Assembly: GCA_043228905.1 (NCBI GenBank)
Contig: JBHGNT010000011.1
Coordinates: 20,460,001-20,524,000, forward strand
From: Azolla caroliniana
Lineage: Eukaryota > Plantae > Polypodiophyta
Length of the DNA: 64,000 bases
Direction: 5' to 3'
Of this stretch, positions 1 to 14,065 are shown piece by piece (the stretch's first letter is position 1; every line of letters starts with the position of its first letter). The position numbers and the translations under genes are program-made. A model generated the notes under the pieces. The model was not told the origin of the DNA. It worked only from the letters and a program-made list of their open reading frames with translations, and did not search any database.

Positions 1-1360
1 AAGTACAAGTCAAGAAATTGAAGTTCCAAAAAGGTAGCGTCAATAATTATAATTTTCTATTTTTACCCTTGCTAAGAATGACTACTTGTCAACAATCAAA
101 CCTTCACATTAAGTCATTGTCTCATCTCTACCAAATCATATTGTGAATTCATATAGTTAATGTAAACCTCCTTTTCACTTAACATTTACCACTTACCAAC
201 ACAATTCTATTGTGATGCCAAAATATTTTTTAGAAGCATTCAGAAATATATCAATCTGAAATATATCTTCTAAGAGTAGCCTAATTATTTCTTATAAACA
301 ATGAAGTTCATCTGACATCATTCATATATAATTAAACAAAAGGGGCAATCAAAGGATTAGCAGATCCAATATATAGGAATTTTGTTTTCGAATTACAGAG
401 CTCCAATTAAAATAGCACATTTCGCAACACAAGGTATGCGCAATTTAAGACATCAAAAACAACCTACAATTGTTTTCTAAATGTGCTATTTTATATTGAG
501 ATTTTCTGAATGTCTTTCTTTCACCACCTACATGCTAAAGAAAAAGTGTTGAGCCACCTGACAATATAGGTTCCTTCTTGCTACCTTCATTAGCAAGACA
601 TATCTAAGTACATTCCTCAATGCGTCCTAGTTTATATATTTTTTATATGTTTATCTCTTCCATAAAATCATCAAGACATGTGTCATAACCATCATGGAAA
701 AGTCGATTGAAACACCTTCTCAAATGTTAACTTCCCAAAAATAATGACAAAGAAGACGTGGACGCACATGTATATAAATCCACTTCACCAAACACTATCA
801 TCTGCAAGAAGAAAAACATGACTAAATCACCATCAACATCATCGACACCACCACCATCACCATGCTCACGATAGATAAGACATTTCATGCCAATGCATAG
901 GTTAACTGTTAAAGCATTCAATTCCCAGGTTTTACTATCACTCGTACACATCATCACATTACTTTACAAGAAAAGGAAATTTTCACACCCTAGAGGCTTA
1001 CAAAAATGAATCATTTTCACTACCTCATAACTTTCCTAATGGAGTTGCAGACAGTACCCTCATCATGGTATTCTTGTTCAGAAAACGCTTGTTTGATTAT
1101 GTTTACAAAAAAAGGAACATGGTGCAAATGTTTGTGCAGACTGCAAAACTCTTTCTTTGGTTGATTGATTGGATATGAATATTCACACGACTGAATATTT
1201 GTATGATCTTTAACTTTGCAAATACAATGGAAATAATGCATTCTAAGATTACATTCTGCAAAAAAATAATTACATGAAATTCCAAAACCAAATTAATTCC
1301 ATTACCTCTCTCAATGCTGCTTGAAGGTGACTTGCACTACAGAGGCGCTATAAGTGTAAG

Positions 1361-4300
1361 CTAACTATGAACATGAAAGCATCGAAGATGTGGGAAAAGT
1401 TTGAGAAGGTCCACCTTCGATCGCTTCTGCATAAATTTTACGTTATTGAAGACATTGGTACACATAGCACATATAAAGTTAGTTCAGGAAAAGATAGTTT
1501 ACTCTGATATTTGCACATCCATTTACATCTAGCGTTGTAAGTGTTGCAGAGCATGTGGAAGAAAGGCTTTTAAGTGTTTCATCGGTGACCCCGAGCAAGC
1601 CATGCAAGCTATGTATCCAAAATTATACCCAGAGAGCATAAACAAGGCATTTCTTTAGTGAAAGAAAGATTATCATACAATGAACTTATTGAATACCTTA
1701 AAAATTGAAGGTTGTAACAAGCCTCATTGATTGCCTTGATGCCACGATCTGTCACCTTCACACACCTTTCATCAGACGCACAGGTAATCATTACAACTCA
1801 AAAGGATTACAATGGATTAGCACCAAATGCACTATTTTCTTTAATATATATGATATGAAAAAATTGATGTGAATATACCATGTGAAGTTCAAGGACTGAA
1901 GAACTTTACATCTTGCCAAGCCTTGAGAAAGACCATCATCTGTTAAATTCTGCATTGGTAATGCCACTAGGTTTGGAACTTGAACTTGACTAGGTTTGGA
2001 AATGATATGCACTCATTAGCTAGAGGAGTACAACAAGTATGCTATGAAACGAAGTCTTACCTGAGCTCCACAAAGATCTAATATTTTTAAATCTTGCAAG
2101 TTTCCAAGCCTTGCATATGACTTGTCTGTTAAACTGCAAACTGGCCTTAGCATAATTACTGAAATGAAGAGGAAAGCAAAGCCACAAAACAGAAACTTGG
2201 CTACTTCTCACCTAGAAAGAGCATACAAATAAAGCTCTGATATGCCTTTACAAGATTCCAAAACCCTCATCAATCCATCATCTGTAAGTCTCACACATCT
2301 ACAAGACTCAAAACCAAAAAAGATCTCAAAATTTCTTTGTGATGCACATAGAAGTGCATTGAATCTCAGTAAATAGTATCACATTGTGAAGTTCAAAACA
2401 CAAGTTTGACAAAACACAAACCTAGTCAAGTTCAAGCTCTCCAACTTCGAAGAATGAGTGCATATCATTTCCAAACTTCTATCAGTGACTCCCTACATAG
2501 ATGGAAGTATGAGTACATAATGCTGATTTAGTAAATAATAATAAAATGAACCAAACACACCTTACATCCACTAAGATTCAATACTCTTAGCTCTTTGCAA
2601 TGCTTTAATAAAGCTTCAACTCCATTGTCAGTGATCCTGACACCATTCAATAAGCAAATACACGACTCTCTTTTTATCCTATTGGGGCTATAATGTACTA
2701 GACTAGTCTGCATAATCTCTCTTTTTATCAACTCATAGACCACCAATTAGCACAATTTACTAGTTGATTTTATGCAAGGTCACATGCACATTCAGTTATC
2801 AAGCTGGAACCTCCCAAATCCCTCCCTGTATATATTGTATATATGGTGTTGTAATAATGAAAGAAATATAAAATATAAAATATACCCGCATTATGGTGTG
2901 CCTGACAAAAGGTGTCACGACAATACAAGAAAAAATCCTGCAACTATTAGCAACAAAAAGTGAAAGAATATATATTATAGTAGAACTAAGAAGACAAAGT
3001 CACCATGTATACCTTGAGAAAAGACACACCAGGCATAAAGTGAAGGGAATTCTTTAAGTTCAAGCTGAGAAGCATATGGTCACAGGTAGAAAGGGATGTG
3101 TCAGATACTATAGGTTCTTTTGCAAAAACTTCTCAGGCAAGCCTAAAGAGCTCCACCATAGCTGAGTGCAGCTCTATTACAGATAAATCGGCCACATCTA
3201 CTCGGCCTCTTCAATCCAAGATGATTTACTCCCTAGAAAAGTTCCTCAGGCAGCAGGATATATTGTACGCAATCTCATGCATTAAGATCATTATCATGGT
3301 TCTTTAGCAAAATTAGAGATTTTATTTTTGTTCTAGGATAGATCATTTTAAATTCATCCATATTTGTCATAATGATTTGTCTCATCAGCCTTGTTTCTTT
3401 CCATATGCCTTGCTCTCTATCCTTGTGCCACTTCATGGGTCTGGCTGAAAACCTAATCTCAATCTCAAGGTGATGGGATGAGAGAATGAGATGTCTAACG
3501 AGAACTCTCTTGCAGGACATATAAGGCTATGAGCTAGAAAATGACAACACACCTAACCCAGCGAGATTATGAGGTCTGATCAGTACTGAACAAAATTTGA
3601 CTCATTTATATTCAAAAGTATGCTACACCAAATCAAACCATTTCGCCTCCATCAAAGTAGAAAATAAATGAAATTTGCGCTTACAATCTCAGAGCCGTTT
3701 CTGTGCAGCTACGAAAGACCTTAATAGAAATTGCACCAGTACTTAGACTGTGTGGATCAATTTGGTGTTCAGATGACTGATGGACATCTCCTATGGTGGA
3801 CATATCAATACCAGACATCTGTGGATCAACTTAGAGTTCAGATGATTGATGTCCATATCCTATGGAGGATACGTCATCATGCTCCTACATTCTGCAATGA
3901 TCACAGACAAAATTAACTGTCCCAAGTGGCACTATCGAAATCTATCAGTAAGTTAGCCCAACATTTTCAAGTTCCATACTGAGTATGCACTCAACCATGA
4001 GCATAGGCAAAGTTTAGGGATGTTGTTGGACCCACATGTTGAGTTTTCATAGCAGCTAGAATACCACCATAATGACATAGGAAGGATGTGATCCTCAAAG
4101 AAATATGAAAGAGTAATCAATAATCACAGCAAGGATAAGATTAGCATCCCGTTAAGATCAGATATATGCCATGTATGTTATTGTACTGATTCATTTATAT
4201 ATTTAAGAGGGAGATAGAGATAGATAGATAGATCGATCGATAGATGGATATCATTTTAACACCCACAGGAGACCGATTGCGATCTACGAGACAGGACCTA

Positions 4301-7300
4301 GCTCATCGCGAGGAACATGGGTTCTCTCAATTTTATGACTGTGATACTATGGTGTAAACCATCAAGCCACCAGCCAGAGAGAGAGGTGAGAACATTTTAA
4401 GCCTACTGCTGTTTGTGAGTTACTGTAATAAATTGATTCTACATACACATACAAACCTCAAATTCCAATATATTGAAAAGGAGTTGAGCTTCGGACAGAA
4501 TTTTGCTACTATCTGCATTCCCATATCAGTGATGCCTTGGCATGCATTCAAATTTATCCTTCTTATCTCCTGCAAAATATGCATTCACAGTCCCAATTCA
4601 ACCTCCTTACCATCATATATAGAAACAAACTTTTATGAAATTATTGATACCTTCTTGCCATCCAAACATTGCAAGTCATTGTCCTCTAATCCTTGAGCAA
4701 ATTCAAGATTGATCTCCTCCACAAGTTTGAATTGTGGCTAAAAAGAGTTAATATATCCTTGATTTATAAAATGATTATAATTCTTAAAAATCATTATCCA
4801 TTAAATAGCCATCATGTGAATGTGCTAGTGGTGTGAATCTGACAAGGTCTGTCTTGAGGTTGCCATCTCTTCTATAATCCTGGTTGGCTGCTTTTCACCC
4901 TTTCAGCAGAAAAGTTTATGTCAGGTTATAGCCTGAGCACTGGACTGGCATACTTTGCAGTGTAGTTTGGAACACACAAAACGCTTTATCTGGTGGAAAT
5001 GAAGGTTATTCACAACAATGTGCAGATGAAGTGGTACTTATATTTTCTATAGACTTTTCTGGAGATAACTGACTAATTACAATAAATCAGATTTTTGGTT
5101 TTGGAGATACAGTCGAAACAAATTCTGATTGCACAGCAACTGCAGCAACCAGTTTTTATCACAGCAAAATAAGTTTTCAGCACAGCACAGTAACTCTTCT
5201 CTATTTCTTTCAGCCTATTTCTTACACTATTCTTCAATATTATATTGCTTTAGTAGATATTGGTGAACATAACCACCACATACTACAATATCTCATCCAT
5301 ATTTCTTGTTTTTGCAATGGCTGAGCAAACTAATATCTTTTATATCGTTAATGTTGATGACAATCGCATGGTCCTAACTATCCTATGTGGCCGTGTACTA
5401 GTAGCAAAGCAATTATGGGACATTGTCATTGGATCTGATGAACGTCCAACTTCAAGTTCTTCTCCAAACTCTCCCTCCCCTTCAGGATCAACTGACGCAA
5501 ATAATACTTCAAGCTCCACTCAACAATCCATTGCTTCACAACTTAAGTGGGATGGTAAGGATGCTCAAGCCCATGCTCTCATTACATTATCAATCAAACG
5601 ACATATTGTTCCACATATCCGATATTGCACGACCTCAAAAATTGCTTGGGATGTGTTAAAAAACCTATATGCTCAAAGGAATGAACCAAGTGTTGTTATG
5701 TTTAAGCGGCAACTTGAAGAGACAATGATACAAGAAGGTGAATCTATGGACGCATTCTTAACAAAAATCAAGGACTTCAAGGAACAACTACTCAACATTG
5801 ATGATGTGATTTCAGACAAGCAGTTACTTTCTAAAGTTCTTGCCATGCTTCCGGATTCATATCAAGTTTTGCCACTACAATAAGGCTTCTTAAAATAGGT
5901 AAAGAGAGCTTCGGTTTTGATGAGCTAATCTCCCTTCTCTTACAGGAATCTCAATCTCGAGCAAATCAGGATGTTCTTAATAGTGGTGATCAAGCTTTTA
6001 TTACCTCTTCCAAGTTCAAAGCCCAACAAAGATGAAAACAAAATAACCTTCCTTCTAAAGGCAATGATGCCTCGACTTTCCATGATGAGAAGATAAAGAA
6101 AAGGTGCAATTATTGTCATAAACCAGGCCATAAAATTAGAGAATGTCGAAAAAGGAAAGCTAGTGAAGAAAGAAAGATATATTAACGTCTTTTAAGAGGC
6201 CAAAATGGCCTATAAGACCAAATAAGATATTACATCTTGAGTGTTGTCTCGTCTTTGAGAACAAATCAAAATAAAATAAATACTACACAATAAATATAAA
6301 AGTAAATAAGATAAAAAGAGAAGAAACGAGGGAATCTGGTTTTTGGCACATGTGAGATTCTCAAGTTAGGTATATTGTAGCTTTTGTCTTCGAAAGATCT
6401 CTAGCAAGGTGAAGAAAAGAAGAAACAATCTAGTCTTAATGTTACCACCTCTATTGGTATGAAGGTAGAAGCACACATTGCTCAACATGAGTGGGCATTC
6501 TCAATACATTCAATTTATGATCCCTCAAAGGATGACGTATGCTTATCGGTAAGTGAGTCTACGGATGCTTGGTATTTTGATAGTGGTGTTTCTAAACACA
6601 CTTGAAGATGCTTATCATAAGGCAGGCACCGCTACTTGTGCCAATAATGCTTCTTACATCATAAAAGGCATTAGTCAAGTTCATATTACAGCCGTCAATG
6701 GAGATGTAGTCACCTTGAACAATGTTCTCTATGTCCCTAGCATAAAGAAAAACCTTCTTTCTATTTCCGCCATTGCTATGCATGGATACCCTATCCATTT
6801 TCTCTATGACAAATGCACAGTACATGATTGTACAAAGGGCGATATCATTGTCATAATAGGTAGTTTGTTCAACAACCTTTACCAGCTTGACATATATCAA
6901 AAATTGGATGACCAAAATCCATTAGCAATGAATGCCCAAACACAAAGCAATTCTGAACTATGGCATGCTCAGTTCGGCCATTTAAATTTCAGCAGCCTTG
7001 CACAGCTTAGCAAGCATGATATGGGATGCAATCTTCCTTCCATTCATGTTCCATCTAATCATGTTTGTGAAGGCTGTGTTCTAGGAAAGATGCATAGGTT
7101 TTCATTTCCAAAAGATGCAAATGTTTTGGCAACACACAAGCTTCAACTTGTACATAGTGATGTATGCAGCCCAATGAGAACACCATCAATTCGAGGTTAT
7201 CTCATTCTCTTACATTCATTGATGATGCTACCTGACACACTTGGGTATATCCTTTGAAGGAGAAATCCAATGTCTTTTCATGCTTCAAAGAATTCTTACA

Positions 7301-10300
7301 CCTTGCTGAAAAATCTTAGCGGTCACAAACTCATTACTCTTCGCACCGACAGAGAGGGTGAGTACATGTCTCAAGAGTTCAATGCTTTCTTGAAAGACAG
7401 AGGTATTATCCATCAATGCACCACTCCATACAAACCACAACAAAATGGAAAGAATAGATCTCTCATGGAGATGGCAAGAATAGATCTCTCATGGAGATGG
7501 CAAGATGCATGCTCAACGGTAACTTACCTCACAAGTTTTGGTTGGACATTGTAATGTGCGCAAACTATGTTTTAAATAGATGCCCCACAAAAGCAATAAA
7601 AACTATCACTCCATATGAGGCTTGGACTAGTCACAAGACAAATGTTGGTCACATGAGAATATTTGGAAGCTTGGCCTATGCATTTGTGCCACCACAGCAG
7701 CGCCATAAACTTCAAGACAAAGCAACAAAATGCATCTTTGTTGGCTACATCAAAGAAAGCAAAGGTTATCAGTTGTTTCAGCCCACTACCTATAAGTTCA
7801 TCATCAGCCGGGATGTGATATTTGCTGAAAATTCAACTCAACCACTTGTGGATTGCTCCAAAGAGCCAGTTCTTGATCAACCAAATGCATTTAAGACTTT
7901 GTTACCATTGCTCCAAAATATTGTGTTTGAAGGTGATCGACTAACCCAAGCTCATGGAGGTAAAGTGCAGGTTTTGCTTCAGCAAGAACATGCTCCAAAC
8001 AGAGATATAGAGCAGCCAAACAATGCTCAAATTGATCTCTTGCAACAGCCCAATGTGGTTGAAAATGAGCAACCAAACATTGTTGATAATAATGTTGATT
8101 TACAGGTCATTAACCCACATGATGTTGACATGGAATTGGAGGAAGAACAAGCCTCTTCTCAACAAGCAAGAACAGTTCATGGCTGATTAACACCCTTATG
8201 GACAGCAAACTCAAGTTTCCTCTTTAGGGTAAAACCCGGTCAACTATCAGCAAGCTGAACTGCATATGTGCATCATGCTCTTATCGTTGAAATTTGTCAT
8301 GAGGAACCACTCTCTCTTAAGGATGCATTTGCATATGACCATTGGGTTGAAGCCATGAAATCAGAACTTAGGTCCATCTACAAGAACCGCACTTGGGAGT
8401 TATGTGATCTACCTAAAGGTAGAAAAGGAATTGCCACCAAGTGGATTTACAAAGGCAAGCGTAATGCGGATGGAAGCATTGATCATTTTAAAGCAAGACT
8501 TGTAGCAAAAGAATGTTCCCGAAAAGAAGGGATAGACTATGACGAAACCTTCACCCCCACTTCAATGATGACTACAATCAGAGCTACAGTTGTTGCAACC
8601 GCAATTAAGGGATGGAAGGTTCACCAATTAGACATTAAAACCAACTTCTTAGATGGAGATTTAGAAGAAGAGGTTTATGTAGCTCAACCTCCAGGTTTTG
8701 TCATTAAAGGAGCAAACACTAAAGTTTGCACGTTACATAGAGCTTTGCAAGACTTGAAGCCAGCACCCCGAGAGTGGAATGCAAAGATACATGCTCATCT
8801 TCTTCAACTTGGTTTTGTGAACAGCCCAACCGAAAGCACTCTCTATGTCCGAAAGGTTGGAGGAAAATTACCAATTGTTGTGCTTTATGTTGATGATTTG
8901 CTAATCACAAGACCTAATGAGCATGAAATTGCAGATTTCAAAGTTGAATCCTGATCTTAGTAAAATATTCGAACTTACAGATCTTGGTCATCTCCATTAC
9001 TACCTCAGCATTCAATTTATTACTATTGAGGGGGGCATTTTCTTGAGTCAACGAAAGTACATTGAGAAGCTCCTACAACGATTTAGGTTTGAAGAATGCA
9101 AGCCGATCTCCACGCTTGTAGAAGCTAGATTCAAATTCTCATATCAAGACAAAGGAGAACCAACTAACGTACTCTTATACCAGCAAGATGTAGGTTGTTT
9201 GATATTTTTGTGCAACACGTGGCCTGAGATTCAATATGTTGTTTCGCAATTAAGCAGGTTTATGCACAGCCCTGGAACAACGCATTGGCAAGCAGCCAAG
9301 CGAGTTTTTTGTTACCTCAAAGGCACTATGGATTTCAGCCTCTTCAATGGAGAAAGCAATTCATCTCCTTTAACTGCCTTCACTGATAGTGATTGGGGTG
9401 GCTGCCATGACACTCATCTCTCACATAGTGGCAATTGTTTCATGATCGACAATTCCTGTGTTTCCTGGCTCAGCAAGAAGCAGCCAACAGTGGCAATATC
9501 AAGTTGTGCAGCTGAATATAGAGCAGCATTCAGCACTACAGTAGAGTGTGTTTGGCTCAAGAGATTATTGTCTGATTTGTCACTTGAGCAACCATCTCCT
9601 ACTTGTATATTTACAGATAGTCAGAGTGCCTTTGCTATTGCAAGAAATCCCGTCTTCCATGCACGAACAAAACACATTGAGGTGCACTATCATTATGTGA
9701 GGGATCAGTTCCATGCTAAAGAGATAAACTTGGTCTATGTACCAACTCATGAAAATGTTGCAGAAATTTTCACCAAGGCTCTATCAAGAGAAAAGTTTGA
9801 ATATTTTCACAAGGAATTGGGCATTCTTCCAACACATGGATATTGACAACAATGAAATTCACACCATTCACTTCAGGGGGGTTTGTTACACTTAATATGT
9901 ATCCTATGAAAGTTTTTGTGTGAACATAGTTAAAATAGTGGGAACCTAGTTAAGTAATTGTTGGGTGTGAACATACTTAGAATAGTATGAACCTAGTTAA
10001 GTAATTGTTGGGTGTGAACATACTTAGAATAGTATGAACCTAGTTAAGTAACTAATAGGTGTGAATATAGTTAGAATAGTGTGAACCTAATTAAGTGACC
10101 ATTGGGTTTCCACCTACCTATAGATACTAGTTATATAAACCATTCTACATCTTTGCAATAAGAGCTCGTTTTTCCTAATCTACTGATATTTCCTTAAGTC
10201 TTCTAAGTGATCTTGTTGAGTGAGAGTTAGTCTAAGATCCCTACATTTTCTACAACTGTTTCAAGGTTATAAATTTGGTAGATTTATTTATTATTAGCCT

Positions 10301-11062
10301 CTACAGCCTTCAGCCATGTTTTGCATGGATCCAAAATTTGGCCTTTGTGAACAATATAGATATCTGCTAATCAGCTGTACTATGGTTAGGCTATTTTTGA
10401 CACATATCACACACATGTTTAAGTTTTCATTCAGGCAATATTGACATTTTGTCTATATCTCAGAATATAAAAACGCATATTTATGACCTCTTCTTTAAAT
10501 GTTTCTACTTTGAAAACAGAATAGTGACGAATTGGTCATTCCATTGTAAACCTTTTTTGTGAGTTTTCACCTTGAATTTTCATTTTCCACCAATAATAAA
10601 ATATGTTACGAAAATATGGTAGTGTGTGCATGCATATGCTACTTTGAGAAAGAGATGGAACTGGATGCAAGAAACTGAGAAAGACACACAGAAACATATA
10701 TAAATTACATGATGAAGAACACGAACAAAATCAAGCCACATTCCGGCTGGAAGATGAGTAGGCTATTATTAGAGGAAGAAGAATAAGTAAAGATTCACAA
10801 AGAAATGCTGAGGTTGAGGCAGAATGGATAAAATGACAGATGGTGCCCTAAAGATAGGATTGCCTTGTATTTTGGGCCGTCCTTTATTTACAAGAACCAT
10901 CAGCTAAATTTTGAAACATTGTTGGGAAGCTGCTCTAAGCTGATTCAAAGAAAAGAAATAAAACAGAAATAGATGCACACAAAAAAGCATACCAGAGCAA
11001 TGGCTGCAGCTAGGCGTTCCCCTACCCTGGTGGTACCACGTAGATCGAGAACCTGACATAAG

Positions 11063-11124
<62 letters not shown>

Positions 11125-11539
11125 CCTCTATATATATATATATATATATTATTTTATTTTTGTTTTTTTTTTTATTCATTTATATATATATATATATGTA
11201 TATGAGCCTAGACTTCAAGCAGGTTTGGAATAGTTATATGTTTGAGATTAATGTTATTCAATGCTATGGTGGTCCAAGTGTTGCTTCTCACTTCGTGCAT
11301 TGAATGAAATATAGAGAATCCAAAAAACATTCTTACGTAGGCAATTAGGCAAGAGAGAGAGAGAGAGAGGGCGAGAGAGGCTTAAGCTTTAGTACTCTGG
11401 AGTATAACAATAAAGAACCCTGGCGAAAGGTTGATCATTTCAACTTTATACAGTCCCAATTGGAGGAACTATAAAGTTAAAATGATCAACCTTTCACTGG
11501 GGTTCTTTATTGTTATACTCCAGAGTACTGACACTTAAG

Positions 11540-11599
<60 letters not shown>

Positions 11600-14065
11600 T
11601 AATCATTTTCTTTATCCCAAGTTATAAGTCAAATTGTTGTGATTAACTTAAGCTTGTAAATTAAAGCTTGGACTAATGGAAGATTAGCCATGTTGCTGGT
11701 TTCTCGCCTTGTTGCTCTTCAATCAAGTGCTCGGATTGTGGCAACATCTTACAAAAGTTTAGTATCTATTTAATCATGTGATGGTGAATCAGTCATAAGT
11801 AGGATTAGTGTTTGTTTAGTGGTTAGCTTACACGTTAGTAGCTCAAGAGTGTTGAACTCACTCTCACCCATCTCGCCAACCAAAGGGTAGACGGTGGTAC
11901 ATTTCCACAGACCGGCTCAGGGTGGTTTTCAAGAAAAATACACGAGTAAGAAGTAGCTTTCAGCGAAAACACCAAAAGACATCATGGTTTCATCCTATTA
12001 CCTCCACTTTCACTGCATACAACGATGTTGAGAAGTTTATCCACTGCCTTATATTGCAGTACGAACACTTGCACTCGCCCCTATCTCAAACAAATATTCA
12101 ATAGGACCTTGGTAGAGGTTCTTCCCAACACATGGATTATGCATACGATTGGTCTCCCCATATGTCATGAGAGGCCCTCCAGCTAGAGAACTATCAGACT
12201 ATCCTGATAGGCCACATAATTGCCAAATCTTATCAAGCAATGCTTGAAGCAAAACTCAAAACTTTCGCCAAGCTCAAATATCTATACAAGCCCTTGGCCA
12301 AGCAGGACTTGGAAGAGTCTTATTTACCATTGACCACATCTTTCCATTATGTTGCTTGGTGAACCAAGCAAATGTATAAAAAACTATCATATTGATGCTT
12401 TATATGTTTTCGCAAGCCTATTATATGAGCAAGTGTTGGAAAGAGTTGGGTGTCGACTAGAGATTGAAGCAAGAAGACCAATTTTCATACCTAGAGCCAA
12501 AAGATTTTGCAAACTATGTGAAGGAGCAATCAAGAACGAGGAACATTTTGCGTGCAAGCACCCAGCTCACAAGCATATATACAGAAGTATGCAACCCTCT
12601 ATGAAGACTTCAACCTCATTTGACAAATGATGGAGAAGGCAAACCCACAACACTTTGGCCAAATCTAGCTCAAGCTTTGAATGCATAATCAAACCTAAGG
12701 TTAGCACATGGTATGCAACGGCCATCATGAATCACTTACTTCTTCCATAGGCCCACATCTTTGCTAACATGCCTAAGAGTCATCATAGAGCGCACAAAGG
12801 AATGCTGATGACAATGGAGACCACGAGTACCAGGATATGGCACATGGGCCATACCATTACAAGATCACGGAGATCATCACTCTCCATGTCCAATCCACAC
12901 ATGGACACCGAGATATACTTGATAAACCTCATCATGCGATCGCTCTACCGCACCAATCAACGTCAAATAAGATATCTCCTCACCACTACTCAACTCATAC
13001 ATAATAGTTATGCACGTTATGCTTAAAAATCATATCCAAAATCATTCGCCACATAGATTACAATCATTCTAATTTATTTTTAGGAAACTTGGACACATTA
13101 TACTAAATATGTTGCACCTACCTACAAAATCATATTCTTCATTGAATAGGGAAACCACACACATCAATACATGTCAGAGCCCGTCTTGTTGTTTGCCATC
13201 CGAGCTATTACTTCCACATATATTATTAGCTCATACTCACTACAATGTGAGACATAACGGTGGAGCACAAGTGATGAGAGTAGTCAATTGTGCAAGCTTT
13301 GCCGCAACCAATTTGGGGAGTTCTTTTGCCTTTGATCACATTCAACTATGCTTTCCGCACATCTTCGACCAAACCCAATCCTTGCAATAATTTCCCTCAC
13401 AAACATTGTGTATGCTCTCAATTGTGACATTCATTAGTAACATTCTTGAACATCGAGAATCACTATTCATTTTCACATGTATTACATGAAAATGTATTAT
13501 ATTTTTGGTCTTGTAGGTCATATTTGACCTCAGAAGACGATAATAAAATTTATCTGCATCTGTAGATATATTTGTGTATAATATTAGAGAGAGGTATGTG
13601 TGTGTGTCTTTGGTACATACCTCACAAAATGGATTATGGGTTTCAATGTCTCTAACATTCCATTCGTGTTTTAAGTGATGACACTCCCAAGTGCATTGTT
13701 TCTCAGCTTTTCGGGGTACTTATATCATAACATTTGAATGACGTACCAAATAATGGTTCATCAAATGCATTACTTTCCAAGATGCCACAGAGGAATGTAC
13801 AGGTTGCATGCATGAACTTCTAGTCTCCGATGGACGACTTTAACGACTGAGCTATAGACATATGGGCTGTTCATCTCTCTCTCTTTCTCTTTCTCTCTAT
13901 CTTTCTCTCTCTCTAGCATACATACCTTCCAAAGCGGTTCGTGGGAAAGAAGGAATCTCCGAGAAAACGTGTTGACGGAAGAAAGCACGCAGGCATCCCT
14001 CTGAGAGGTTTTAGAACTGATGATGGTGAACACCTGTGGCGCCACGACTGAGCTCCAGTGGTCCA

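Noticed and set aside
4255-4376. Possible tRNA-derived SINE on the minus strand (also 11810-11938 on +)
   Set aside because: An A-box-like start is present, but there is no convincing B box or TSD.
9918-10105. Regular repeats resembling a CRISPR array
   Set aside because: Contiguous 47-bp units with no unique spacers, inside a plant LTR, and no cas genes.
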